Shown here piece by piece: positions 1 to 9,498 of a DNA stretch of 64,000 bases (the stretch's first letter is position 1; each line of letters starts with the position of its first letter). This DNA comes from Abditibacterium sp. Its GTDB lineage: Bacteria; Armatimonadota; Abditibacteriia; Abditibacteriales; Abditibacteriaceae. Made by a program: the position numbers and the translations under genes. The stretch spans positions 1,248,001 through 1,312,000 of the forward strand of contig CBDASK010000003.1 of assembly GCA_965199495.1 (NCBI GenBank). Reading direction: 5' to 3'. Below the pieces are notes generated by a model. That model saw only the letters and a list, made by a program, of their open reading frames with translations, did not search any database and had not been told where the DNA came from.

Positions 1-1782
1 TTTCTCGATGTGCAACTGCGCGCCGAATTGGGCTTGTGGCACGAGATCGTCGACATGCGCCACTTCAACGATTTGGCTCAGGTGCGCCGCCCCAAAGCCG
101 TCACCGATGCTCTTTTGCGCGCGCTGTTCGAGACCTTCCTCGCCCAGTCCGAAACCGCCCATAACAGCGCCGCACTCGCGGCGGCTTTCGAGGCCGAAAT
201 CGCGCCGCGCGGCGGCACGCTCTTCGAAGTCGCCGCCGGTCTCACCTCGCCAGGCGCGCTCAAGACTCTGCTGGCCTGGTCGGTGCAGCGCAATCAAGCC
301 GCCACGGGCCACGCCGTTTGGCAGCGTCTGCAAAGCGCGACGCCCGCCCTCTCGCCCGATGAACATGATTTCTGGTTGGCCGTCGCTAACCGACTCGCGC
401 CGTTTGCCCCTGCGTTAGCCCCCGCAATCACTCCGAGTGCAGCCGTTGATCTTTTGGTTGTAGCGCAGGAAGCGATAGGGGACGCGCGCTCCGAGGAAGC
501 TTGGATAACCCTCGCTTCGGCTTCGGCTTCGCCGCAACGCGCGGCAATGCTGCTGCTTTGCGCTCAGATGATCGGCACCCTCGACGCCCGCCAAACCGCG
601 ACGCAGGCCTTGAACGAACTCGAGACCTCCGAGCGTGATGAGCTGCTCTCGAACGTTCATCATGCCAAGCTCTGGACGCAGTGGCAACAAGAGGATGGCG
701 TGGCTTCGACCTCGACGACGATTTCCGCCGCCGCTGCGATCTCGCCCTCGGTTCAGGTGCCCGCCAATTGGCTGCAGTGGCTCGATTTAGTGGAAGAACC
801 CGAATGCAGTTACCCGCGTTTGCACGCCTTTGCGGCGCAGGGCGCACAGGAGTGGCCGCTCGCCGACTTGGTCGCTAATCCGCAAGCTCTCGAAGAGTTG
901 GAGGACCGACTTGAAATCGCCGCAAGCCACAACCATGATCGATTGTTCGCGGGTGTGCCCGCGCTTCTGCGCTTTCTGGAACGTGATGGCGCCGCACCGC
1001 GCCCTGCGCTCAAGCCGTTGCTGTGTCGTCTTCGCAGTCTGTTGGCTTATTACGGCGAAACCTCCGATCTCTCGCAGTGGTCGGTTTACGCCGATTTATG
1101 TCGCTCAACCTTGGAATTGGGAGTTTCAGAGTCGGCTTATGGCGAACTCATCGAGGAGACCGAACTGCTGTGGCATGACCGATTGGCGCTCTCTAACGTC
1201 GAGGCCGCTTTGGATAATTTGGACATTTTGTGGGTTTATCCATGCCCTGATATAGAGGGACGAGCTTCGCTTGCCAATCGCGTCTTTGGACAAGTTTTAG
1301 ACTGGATTGACAGTGGGCGGCTCGATCCCGAATTGGAGCGTTTCTGTCGTCAACTGGCGAGTGATTACAAGCTGGACGAACTTTTGCCACCATCAAGGGA
1401 AGGCGTAGAACGTGACGGCGACACTCCGGTCGATCCGCTCTCCTTTTTAGCGGGCCAGAAGGTCGCGATCTATTCGCTGATGGAAAGCACCGCGCAACGC
1501 GTGCGGGACTTGGTGAAGCGGCGTTGCCCCGATTGCCAGATCGAGATCAATCATGACACGACGGCGACTTCCGCGCTCTCGAACTTGGCGCGCACCGCCG
1601 ACGTGTTCGTCAACGTGACAGCCAGCGCCACGCACGCAGCTACCGGCGCTATCGCGGCGGCGCGTGGAAAGGAGCAGGCGACGATACTGGTGAATTCCAA
1701 GGGTTCGTCCGCGCTTTTGCGGGCTTTGTCCGCGCTCGCTTTGCAAAGTCAACAGGATTTAGCGGGTGACGAAGCCGCCTAA
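1..1782 (+). CDS. dpdD: DpdD-like protein of a Dpd 7-deazaguanine modification/defence cluster (5'-truncated by window edge)
   Basis: Frame is open from base 1. C-terminal DUF2325-like domain (LAGQKVAIYSL...ADVFVNVTASATHAAT...KGSSALLRAL) typical of DpdD; lies just upstream of dpdC/A/B. Confidence 0.75.
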   Translation, partial: FLDVQLRAELGLWHEIVDMRHFNDLAQVRRPKAVTDALLRALFETFLAQSETAHNSAALAAAFEAEIAPRGGTLFEVAAGLTSPGALKTLLAWSVQRNQAATGHAVWQRLQSATPALSPDEHDFWLAVANRLAPFAPALAPAITPSAAVDLLVVAQEAIGDARSEEAWITLASASASPQRAAMLLLCAQMIGTLDARQTATQALNELETSERDELLSNVHHAKLWTQWQQEDGVASTSTTISAAAAISPSVQVPANWLQWLDLVEEPECSYPRLHAFAAQGAQEWPLADLVANPQALEELEDRLEIAASHNHDRLFAGVPALLRFLERDGAAPRPALKPLLCRLRSLLAYYGETSDLSQWSVYADLCRSTLELGVSESAYGELIEETELLWHDRLALSNVEAALDNLDILWVYPCPDIEGRASLANRVFGQVLDWIDSGRLDPELERFCRQLASDYKLDELLPPSREGVERDGDTPVDPLSFLAGQKVAIYSLMESTAQRVRDLVKRRCPDCQIEINHDTTATSALSNLARTADVFVNVTASATHAATGAIAAARGKEQATILVNSKGSSALLRALSALALQSQQDLAGDEAA

Positions 1783-1785
1783 AAC

Positions 1786-1807
1786 AGGTATGATTGAGGA
1801 TTGATTT
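1786..1807 (+). promoter_or_regulatory. Two 11-bp direct repeats upstream of the XRE gene (candidate operator)
   Basis: AGGTATGATTG, AGGATTGATTT; the same unit recurs at 2122-2154. Confidence 0.5.
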
Positions 1808-1838
1808 TGCGCCGCGCGGGCGCCAACCGCGCCCACCC

Positions 1839-2129
1839 ATGCCAACAAATCAGAACCAGGACGTCGTTGCCCAGTTCGGTGCCGCCACAAGCGTGGCCAA
1901 CACTGTCGGCGCGCGCGTTCGTCAGGCGCGTGACCGCCTGAATTGGGAACAACAGGACCTCAGCGACCGCTCTAAAGTCCCTATACAAACCCTCAAAGAT
2001 ATAGAACGCGGCAAGACCAAAGCTCCGCGCGCCAAAACCCTAAACGCTTTGGCTGAGGCGCTTGGCGTCGAGGCCGGATTTCTGCGCACCGGAGAAGACC
2101 CGCCCAACTTTGTTGCGCCTCAAGTATGA
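1839..2129 (+). CDS. XRE/Cro-C1 family HTH transcriptional regulator
   Basis: VGARVRQARDRLNWEQQDLSDRSKVPIQTLKDIERGKTKAP..TLNALAEALGV is an HTH_3 pattern; ATG 1839 preferred over TTG 1794. Confidence 0.85.
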   Translation: MPTNQNQDVVAQFGAATSVANTVGARVRQARDRLNWEQQDLSDRSKVPIQTLKDIERGKTKAPRAKTLNALAEALGVEAGFLRTGEDPPNFVAPQV

Positions 2130-2154
2130 TTGAGGTATGATTTAAGTATGGTTT
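2122..2154 (+). promoter_or_regulatory. Three tandem 11-bp direct repeats between the XRE gene and dpdC (candidate operator)
   Basis: AAGTATGATTG / AGGTATGATTT / AAGTATGGTTT, followed by RBS AGGAG and TTG 2171. Confidence 0.55.
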
Positions 2155-2170
2155 CGAGCAGGAGATTATT

Positions 2171-3151
2171 TTGAAAATCGCGCTGGTGGTGCCCTGCACT
2201 AAATCCAAATCGCGGCTTCCAAGCGAAGTGATGCGATTCGGCGCGCTTGCCAAGGGCGAGTGCGCTCAGGTGGCGCTCAGGTGGCAGGCGGCGGCGCAAA
2301 GTCAATCGTTTTCTATAGACGCCGTGCGAGCAAGCGAGCTTTACAGCGGGAACAATTGGAATCTGGCCGCGCGTGCGCAAGCGGAGTTGGGCGATGAGTG
2401 CCAATTATGGATCGTGTCGGCAGGCTTTGGTTTGGTGAGCAGCGACGAGTGCTTGCCCGCTTACTCGGCGACTTTCGCCGCCGAAGAGAACCGCGTGTCC
2501 GATCAGATCAGTGGCGAGCGCTCGCCCGCAGCGGCCCACGCCGCTTGGTGGAAGAGCATTAACGCTGAGCGTCGCCGCACGGAAACGCCGCTGCTGACCA
2601 CGTTCGCCGAATTTGATCGTGTGATTTTAGCATTAAGTGCACCTTACCTGGCCGCCGTGCGCGAGGACGCGCTCGCCTTGGCGCGGGAGTTGGGGCCGCA
2701 GAAGTTATGGATGGTCGCGATGGAGACGCGCGCCCTGCCGCTTGATCTGCGCGAGTGCGCGGTCTTTGAAAATAGCGAGGTCGAGAATTTGATCGGTGGC
2801 ACGCGCGTTACGCTCAACCTTCGGGCTTTGGAGTGGTGGCTGCGAGAGGTCGTGCCAGTCACGGGGTGGGATAGGGCGGCGCAGCAGTTGGAGATTCGTC
2901 GTCGCATTTGCCAGGCGACACCGGCGCCCACGCGCCCCATCAATCCGATGAGCGATGCCGAAGTTACGACCTGGATCGAAGCCCGGCGCGCCGAAGCGGG
3001 CGGCCAGTGGCCAAGCGGCGGCAAGACTGGCTTACTGCGGACTTTGCGGGTGGGCGGGCGTTCGTGCGAGCAGAAGCGCTTCTCGCGTTTGTGCGAGCGC
3101 GTCTTAGCCAGAGGAGAGGCCGAGAAACTGGCGGCGGGAGGTGCGAGCTAA
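2171..3151 (+). CDS. dpdC: DpdC-like protein (YaaA/DUF328-like fold)
   Basis: VVPCTKSK, ASELYSG and LWIVSAGFGLV...PAYSATF resemble YaaA-like motifs; directly upstream of dpdA. Confidence 0.6.
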   Translation: MKIALVVPCTKSKSRLPSEVMRFGALAKGECAQVALRWQAAAQSQSFSIDAVRASELYSGNNWNLAARAQAELGDECQLWIVSAGFGLVSSDECLPAYSATFAAEENRVSDQISGERSPAAAHAAWWKSINAERRRTETPLLTTFAEFDRVILALSAPYLAAVREDALALARELGPQKLWMVAMETRALPLDLRECAVFENSEVENLIGGTRVTLNLRALEWWLREVVPVTGWDRAAQQLEIRRRICQATPAPTRPINPMSDAEVTTWIEARRAEAGGQWPSGGKTGLLRTLRVGGRSCEQKRFSRLCERVLARGEAEKLAAGGAS

Positions 3152-3152
3152 T

Positions 3153-4403
3153 ATGAAATTTCTTTTTGCCGACAGTCTCGACACCATCGATCCTGGCTAC
3201 GACTTCCAAAACGACGCGTTTACGCCCGACCGGCGCGCGCAGCACGACGACGTTTACCCGCACGAGTTTTTCCCCGCCGCGCCCTATGACGGTATGTTAG
3301 TCTCGCGTGCTGTCGTAGGTGATACCGGCCTCAAAGGCAAATACACCACGTCACAGAGCATCCGCTTTCGGCGCGATGGCGCGCGCGAGTTCCTGCGCTA
3401 CGAGGGGCCGATGGTGATGGGCGACTGCGGCGCGTTTTCCTACGTGCGCGAGGAAAAACCGCCCTACGGCATCGGCGAGATGCTCGACTACTACGCCGAC
3501 TGCGGCTTTACCCACGCCGTCTCGATTGACCATGTGATTTTGGGCTACGACGAATCGTTCGATAGCGCCACGCTTTTCGGCGGGCGCACGGGGCCGCTCG
3601 ACAATCCGCATTTGCCGCCCGAATGGAAGCGGCGCTACCTGCTCACCCTGGAGTTGGCCGAGCAGTTTCTGGCGCGCTGCCAGAGCGAACGCGCGCCTTT
3701 TGCGCCCATCGGCATCGCGCAGGGTTGGAGTCCGTTCTCCTACCGCGAAGCCGTTAAGCGCCTGGTCGAGATGGGCTACGACTATATCGCCCTGGGCGGC
3801 ATGGTGCCCCTGATGGCGCCACAGATCATGCGCGTTTTGGACGCAGTGCGCGAGGTCGCGCCCGATGTGAAACTGCACTTGTTTGGCTTTGCCAAAGTGG
3901 ATGATTTGCCCAAGTTCGTCGTTTATAATATCGAGTCGTTCGATTCGACTTCGCCGCTGCTGCGCGCGTTTAAGGACGGCCAAAAGAACTATCTGGGGCC
4001 GCAGCGCTGGTTCACGGCGCTGCGCGTGCCCGATGCCGACGAGAGCAACCTGTTCAAGCGTGACATCTTGGCGGGCGTGAAAGAGCAGAAGCATTTGCGC
4101 GAACTCGAAACCAAAACTCTGGCGGCGATTCGCGCTTTTGACGCCGACGAGATCGGTGTCGAAGAGGCGCTGCATCCGCTCGAACAATACGGTTTAGAAA
4201 TGGGCAAAAAGGTGCCGCTCTACGCTTACCGCGATACTCTGACGGCGCGCCCGTGGAAAACTTGCGAGTGCCGCGTCTGCCGCGAGGCGGGCGTCGAAGT
4301 CGTGGTGTTTCGCGGCTCCAATCGCAATCGCCGACGCGGATTTCACAATCTGTGGGAGTTCCACCGCCAACTCAACTCGCTACGCCCTTCCAACGCGCTT
4401 TAA
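3153..4403 (+). CDS. dpdA: DNA-guanine transglycosylase DpdA (TgtA5)
   Basis: MKFLFADSLD.IDP, YDGMLVSR, MGDCGAFSY, SIDH, IALGGMVP, LHLFG, SFDSTSP and C-terminal Zn site CECRVC...RRRGFHN; RBS GGAGG upstream. Confidence 0.9.
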   Translation: MKFLFADSLDTIDPGYDFQNDAFTPDRRAQHDDVYPHEFFPAAPYDGMLVSRAVVGDTGLKGKYTTSQSIRFRRDGAREFLRYEGPMVMGDCGAFSYVREEKPPYGIGEMLDYYADCGFTHAVSIDHVILGYDESFDSATLFGGRTGPLDNPHLPPEWKRRYLLTLELAEQFLARCQSERAPFAPIGIAQGWSPFSYREAVKRLVEMGYDYIALGGMVPLMAPQIMRVLDAVREVAPDVKLHLFGFAKVDDLPKFVVYNIESFDSTSPLLRAFKDGQKNYLGPQRWFTALRVPDADESNLFKRDILAGVKEQKHLRELETKTLAAIRAFDADEIGVEEALHPLEQYGLEMGKKVPLYAYRDTLTARPWKTCECRVCREAGVEVVVFRGSNRNRRRGFHNLWEFHRQLNSLRPSNAL

Positions 4404-4425
4404 CGCCCAGCGTTTTTAAATTTTC

Positions 4426-5592
4426 ATGTCTACTGCCAAATTGTCCACCGCTCCTGCTCCCATGCCCACTGACTCTGATTCTCGCTCCACAGTCGCCTTC
4501 GAGGCGCTTCGCCTGACGCAGCCTTCGGGCCGCCACGTCTATTCGTTTGCCGCCGGTGCGCTCGCGCTCCTCGATATCGCCGACATCCCGCGCATCAAGC
4601 GCGCCGACGATCTCTCGCTCGAAGGTTACCAGCGGCCCGAAGTGGTCGGCCATATCGCCGAGATTCGGCGTTACTTGGACAGCGATAACGCCATTTTGCC
4701 CAACACCATCGTGCTGGCCTTTACCCAGGAGATCGAGTTCACGCCCTATAATGCGAGCGAAAACGGCGGCGGCCCCAGCCGGAGCGGACGCTTGACGGTG
4801 GAAGTGCGCGAGGGCGAGAAACCAGCGTTTGTGGTGGATGGCCAGCAGAGGTTGGCGGCGGCTTCGAGTTGTAAACACGCGGAGTTCCCGCTCTTCGTGA
4901 GCGCGTTTGTGGCGCCAGATCCCGCCGAACAGCGCAAGCAGTTCGTCTTGGTGAATCGCACCAAACCATTACCACAGGGCCTGATATTCGAGCTTTTGGC
5001 CGAGATCGATGGTCATCTGCCAACGGCTCTCTCCAAGGCGCGTTTGGCCTCGCTATTGACCAATCGGCTCAACTTCTCGCCTGGCGCTTTGCGAGGCAAA
5101 ATCCGCACGCCGACCCAGCCTGGAGGCACGATCAAAGACAATTCGATGCGCCGCGCCATCGCCAACAGCTTAAACGATGGCGCGCTCTTTCAGGTCGCCA
5201 AAAGCGCGGGCCGCGACGGCTGGGAAAACGAGGACAAGATGCACGCCGCCATGCAAGAAGTGGTAGCGACCTTCTGGGAAGGCGTCTCCTTGGCGTTTCC
5301 GACCGCGTGGGAACTGCCGCCCAAAGCCTCGCGCCTGACGCATGGCGTGGGTATAGTGGCGCTTGGATTCGTAATGGATCACCTGCACGCGCGCCGTCTC
5401 AAAGGTGCCGATTGGAATGCCATAAGCATCGCCAACGAACTGCAAACTCTGGCGCCGCACTGCGCCTGGACGAGTGGCGCCTGGCACTTTAGCGATGAGG
5501 ACGTGCGCGGTTGGAACGTGCTCCAAAACACCGACCGCGACGTGCGACTGCTGACGGCTTACATGACGCGGTTAGTGGAAGAAAAACTATAG
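4426..5592 (+). CDS. dpdB: DGQHR-domain protein DpdB (DndB-like)
   Basis: GYQRPE...HIAEIRRYL, LPNTIVLAF, VVDGQQRLAA, FVLVNRTKPL, SRLTHGVGIVALG; follows dpdA. Confidence 0.85.
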   Translation: MSTAKLSTAPAPMPTDSDSRSTVAFEALRLTQPSGRHVYSFAAGALALLDIADIPRIKRADDLSLEGYQRPEVVGHIAEIRRYLDSDNAILPNTIVLAFTQEIEFTPYNASENGGGPSRSGRLTVEVREGEKPAFVVDGQQRLAAASSCKHAEFPLFVSAFVAPDPAEQRKQFVLVNRTKPLPQGLIFELLAEIDGHLPTALSKARLASLLTNRLNFSPGALRGKIRTPTQPGGTIKDNSMRRAIANSLNDGALFQVAKSAGRDGWENEDKMHAAMQEVVATFWEGVSLAFPTAWELPPKASRLTHGVGIVALGFVMDHLHARRLKGADWNAISIANELQTLAPHCAWTSGAWHFSDEDVRGWNVLQNTDRDVRLLTAYMTRLVEEKL

Positions 5593-5640
5593 GTCGGATA
5601 CTTGTGCGCTATTATTTTCGCGTATTTTACTTTTTGGTGC

Positions 5641-6150
5641 ATGAACACCAACACATCACCCCACGAACTCGACGCAACCACCGACACAACCACCGATAAC
5701 CCCAAAGGCGAATCCGCTAATATACGTCCCCGCGCGGAGTGGGACGAGGACGAGATTTTCGACGGGCGCCCCAAGAGCGTAACCATTCAGATTCTCGTCG
5801 TCTCGCCCGGCGCCGCGCCCTACCCGCACACGCTCGACAATTCTCTCGACGCCATGCAAGAGATTATCGGCGGCAACGTCACCTCGTTCGACGCTGGCGT
5901 AACAGATACCGTCGGCATCGCCCACGACGAGGGCCTGCTGCTGCGCTTGCCGCCCAACCGCCTGATTCCCGCCACGGGCGCTGTTATCTTCGGCACATTT
6001 TTCATCGCGGGCAGCGGCGTCAACCTGCACTCTTTGACACCGGAGCAGATGAGCGAAGCCGCCAAGCTCTTCGAGCATCCGCTGCGGCTCCAGCAACTCG
6101 CCCAACTCTTGCAACGCGAGCGCTCGGACTTCGACGGCACCGACGATTAA
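5641..6150 (+). CDS. DUF3846-like protein of mobile elements
   Basis: LDNSLDAMQEIIGG...HDEGLLLRLPPNR...IFGTFFIAG...SLTPEQ pattern. Confidence 0.6.
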   Translation: MNTNTSPHELDATTDTTTDNPKGESANIRPRAEWDEDEIFDGRPKSVTIQILVVSPGAAPYPHTLDNSLDAMQEIIGGNVTSFDAGVTDTVGIAHDEGLLLRLPPNRLIPATGAVIFGTFFIAGSGVNLHSLTPEQMSEAAKLFEHPLRLQQLAQLLQRERSDFDGTDD

Positions 6151-6170
6151 CCCCGCACACCAAATAGCGC

Positions 6171-6196
6171 GGCCCAACTCGATGGTGAGTTGGGCC
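6171..6196 (+). terminator. Stem-loop at the end of the island genes
   Basis: GGCCCAACTC-gatggt-GAGTTGGGCC perfect 10-bp stem followed by a T-rich run. Confidence 0.55.
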
Positions 6197-6335
6197 TCGT
6201 TTGTATTCACAGGTGGCTTTCCTTGTGCCCAGAAGCCGTTTCCTTTGCGCTTTCAGTTACTTTTGGCTACATCGGGGCCTAACGCACTTGAACTGCTTTT
6301 CCTTTCGCATTCGCGGATTCGCCCGATTTTTGCCT

Positions 6336-7883
6336 CTACCCGAACAGCTTGCGGTCGAACGCGCGATAATTAATCGCCTCGGCAACATGGTGCATCTCGA
6401 TATTCTCCGCCGCTTCCAAATCCGCAATCGTGCGCGAAACTTTCAATATCCGGTCGTAGCCGCGCCCCGATAGCCCGAATTGCGAAATCGCCGTCTTGAG
6501 CAAATCTTTGGTCGCGCCGTCCATCTCGCAGTGGTCGCGCAACTCCTTCGCCTTCATACGCGCGTTGCAAGTTGCCGAACTGCCCGCCATGCGCGTCGTC
6601 TGCTGCGCTCTTGCTCCACATACGCGACGCCGAACGGTCGCCGAGCTTTCGCCCGTGCGCTTGCCCATTAACTCTTCGCTCGACAGTCGCGGCACTTCGA
6701 TGTGAATGTCGATGCGGTCGAGCAATGGCCCGCTTATCCGAGATAAATAACGGCGGATTTGGGGCGCGGTGCAGGTGCAGGGTTTGTCGCCCGGTGCGCC
6801 GGTCGGTGTTCCGCCCAGCAGGAAACCGCACGGACACGGGTTCATCGCCGCGACCAACTGGAAGTGCGCCGGGAAAGTCAAAGTCTGCGCCGCGCGCGCA
6901 ATCGAAACTTGGCCGTCTTCGAGCGGTTGGCGCATGACTTCTAAAACATCACGGTGAAATTCGGGCAGTTCGTCCAAAAATAACACGCCGTTATGCGACA
7001 GCGAAATTTCGCCGGGGCGCGGATAGGAGCCACCGCCAACCAGCCCAGCGTGCGAAATCGTGTGGTGAGGCGAACGAAACGGACGCGCGCTCATCAAACT
7101 GGCGCCCGTCGGCAATAATCCGGCGACCGAATAGAGTTTCGTGACTTCGAGCGCCTCGTCAATCAACAGAGGTGGCAGAATCGTCGGCAAACGGCGCGAT
7201 AATAACGTTTTGCCGCTGCCCGGACTGCCAACCAGAAGAATATTATGACCGCCTGCCGCCGCGACTTCCATCGCGCGCTTGACGGCTTCTTGGCCTTTCA
7301 CATCGCCCCAGTCCACATCCATAACCGGCGCTTCCAAGTTCTCGTGCGAAAAATCGCTGCGCACCGGCTCGCGCGTTTCGCCCATGACCAACTTGACCGC
7401 GTCGGCCAGACTTTCGACGCCGTAAACGTCCAAACCCTCGACGACTGCCGCCTCGCGCGCGTTGGCGGCGGGCACCAATAACGCCTTTTTGCCGCAATCG
7501 CGCGCGCCAATCGCCATCGGCAAAACGCCCGAAATCGGACGCACTTCGCCGTTCAAACCCAACTCGCCAATTGCCGCGAAATCGGCCAACTTCGGCGCGA
7601 TTTGTCCGTCGCCCATTAGCACGCCCAAAGCGATGGGTAAATCAAATAATGGCCCCTGCTTTTTGGTATCGGCGGGCGCCAAATTCACCGTAATGCGGCG
7701 CGCTGGCATCGAAAAATTGGAGTTACGAATCGCCGCGCGCACGCGCTCGCCACTTTCGCGCACTGCCGCGTCGGGCAGACCAACGACCGCAAAAGCGATC
7801 ATTCCGGCTGAAACATCGACCTCGACTTGCACGCGATACGCATCCACGCCCAACACCGCGAGCGAATCAACCAGAGCTAACAT
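6336..7883 (-). CDS. comM: ComM / YifB family Mg-chelatase-like AAA+ ATPase
   Basis: VGLPDAAVRES, ITVNLAPAD, Walker A GSPGSGKT, RPFRSPHHT, LFLDELPEF, AMNPCPCG, SGPLLDRID. Confidence 0.95.
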   Translation of the reverse strand: MLALVDSLAVLGVDAYRVQVEVDVSAGMIAFAVVGLPDAAVRESGERVRAAIRNSNFSMPARRITVNLAPADTKKQGPLFDLPIALGVLMGDGQIAPKLADFAAIGELGLNGEVRPISGVLPMAIGARDCGKKALLVPAANAREAAVVEGLDVYGVESLADAVKLVMGETREPVRSDFSHENLEAPVMDVDWGDVKGQEAVKRAMEVAAAGGHNILLVGSPGSGKTLLSRRLPTILPPLLIDEALEVTKLYSVAGLLPTGASLMSARPFRSPHHTISHAGLVGGGSYPRPGEISLSHNGVLFLDELPEFHRDVLEVMRQPLEDGQVSIARAAQTLTFPAHFQLVAAMNPCPCGFLLGGTPTGAPGDKPCTCTAPQIRRYLSRISGPLLDRIDIHIEVPRLSSEELMGKRTGESSATVRRRVCGARAQQTTRMAGSSATCNARMKAKELRDHCEMDGATKDLLKTAISQFGLSGRGYDRILKVSRTIADLEAAENIEMHHVAEAINYRAFDRKLFG

Positions 7884-7982
7884 AGACCAAACATTTTAGC
7901 AGGGAAAGACCGGAAGCGGCGCCCAAATTTTTCAAAGTATACCTCTTGTTTCTTAGTATTCATTCGATTAAGATATGTTGCG

Positions 7983-8318
7983 ATGAAACGCGATTTATTC
8001 AAGGGCGACCTGCCGATTTTAATTTTGGCGGTTTTGAGCGAGGCGCCGTGTCATGGCTACGCCATCGCGCGTGAAATCGAGCGGCGTAGCGGCGGCGAAT
8101 TGGGCGCCCGCGAGGGCGCGCTTTATCCGGCGCTGCGCGTGTTGGAAAGCAAAGGTTTAATCGTCGGAGCGTGGCAAGAGCAAACTGGCACGCCCGCGCG
8201 CAAAATCTACGAATTGACGCCGCTTGGCAAAAGCGAATTGGCGAAAAGCGCCGACGCGTGGCGCAGTTACGCGGCGGCGTTCGCGCAAGTTTTGGGAGGC
8301 CAAAATGAATCGGCTTAA
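7983..8318 (+). CDS. PadR family transcriptional regulator
   Basis: ILAVLSEAPCHGYAI, GALYPALRVLE, RKIYELTPLG. Confidence 0.9.
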   Translation: MKRDLFKGDLPILILAVLSEAPCHGYAIAREIERRSGGELGAREGALYPALRVLESKGLIVGAWQEQTGTPARKIYELTPLGKSELAKSADAWRSYAAAFAQVLGGQNESA

Positions 8319-9498
8319 TCAATTTCTCTATGTCGCCGCGCGCCAGATGCGCATCATGCCCGCCGCCGTGCGCGACGACGAACTGCGCGAATTGCGCGGC
8401 CATCTGGAACAACGCGTCGAAGATTATTGCGGTCAGGGAATGTCGGATGACGCGGCGCAACTGCGGTCGCTGGAAGGTTTGGGTTCGCCGCGCAAATTGG
8501 GCGCGAAGTTGTGCGATGCGTGGGAAGGCATCGCATTCTCGTGGTGGCGGTTAATCGCGGCGATTGTGGGCGTGACGTTGTTTTTGTTTGTTGGAATAGT
8601 AGCGATAGGATTCGCATTGGCGGTCGTGCCGATGAACTCGGAAGCCGCGATCTTGCCAGAAATCGTGCCTTTGCTGTGCGCGCTTTATGTCGCGTTACCG
8701 TTGTTTTGTGGCGTGCTCTTCTCGCATTGGCTTGGGCGGCGTGGCTGTATCGTGGCGACGCTTTATTTCGCGGCGCTGACACTGGGAGATTTGACGGTGA
8801 ATTTTCCAACGCCATCGGCGGCTTTTACAACGCCGCCATCGAGTTTCGTGGGAATCGTTCATGCGGCGTGGTTCAACTATTTTTGGACCGTGCTGGCTTT
8901 TGCTGGCTCGTGGATGGAACATCTTTGGCGCATAAAAAAACGCCATCAATTGGCTCTCATTGGCGGACGTGTGTTGCAGACATCGCGATTTTTGGTTGTG
9001 CCAATGAATTTCGACTGGTGGCGCAACGCTATATTAGCGACTCTTATTTTCGGCTCACTTTACGCCGTGGGTGTGTGGACACGTTTTCATCCGCAGACGC
9101 CCGAAGCGACGTTACGCAACTATTTGGTTTTGAATCGCCAGATGAACATGGGCGATTTCGAGCCACCCCAAATATTAGCAACGCGCGAACTGCCCGCGCA
9201 ATCGTCCGCTGAAATCGCGGGCACGCAAAGACGCGTCTGGTTCAAAATCGAGGAGCGTGTGACGCCGAATTACAAGGCTCGTCGTGTCGCTTTTTTGCAG
9301 CAGCTACTCGACGGCCCGAAACAACAAAGACCGTTTGAGGACGAAACACTGAATCGTTCGTTGGCGCGTTTACAGCGCAATCGTCAGATCACTCAAGGCG
9401 TAGCAACTTTGGTCAAAACTCCCAAAGGTTGGAAAGTTGATGCGAAAAACGCGCCGTCACTGGGCGATTGGGCCTACGATTTGGCTTCCGACAGTTGA
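8305..9498 (+). CDS. PadR-associated membrane protein (HAAS/permease-prefix N-terminus)
   Basis: ELRELRGHLE...G+S.DAA...LGSPRKLG N-terminus, several TM helices, overlaps the padR end. Confidence 0.7.
   Translation: MNRLNQFLYVAARQMRIMPAAVRDDELRELRGHLEQRVEDYCGQGMSDDAAQLRSLEGLGSPRKLGAKLCDAWEGIAFSWWRLIAAIVGVTLFLFVGIVAIGFALAVVPMNSEAAILPEIVPLLCALYVALPLFCGVLFSHWLGRRGCIVATLYFAALTLGDLTVNFPTPSAAFTTPPSSFVGIVHAAWFNYFWTVLAFAGSWMEHLWRIKKRHQLALIGGRVLQTSRFLVVPMNFDWWRNAILATLIFGSLYAVGVWTRFHPQTPEATLRNYLVLNRQMNMGDFEPPQILATRELPAQSSAEIAGTQRRVWFKIEERVTPNYKARRVAFLQQLLDGPKQQRPFEDETLNRSLARLQRNRQITQGVATLVKTPKGWKVDAKNAPSLGDWAYDLASDS

Larger units (their letters stand above)
1..6200. mobile_element. Right end of a Dpd defence island adjoining comM
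   Basis: Defence gene content, DUF3846-like gene, no host palindromic repeats seen, next to comM. No integrase or att site is visible in the window. Confidence 0.5.

Noticed and set aside
6336..7883. comM disrupted by the island
   Set aside because: The ORF is full length (515 aa) with N- and C-terminal motifs intact.
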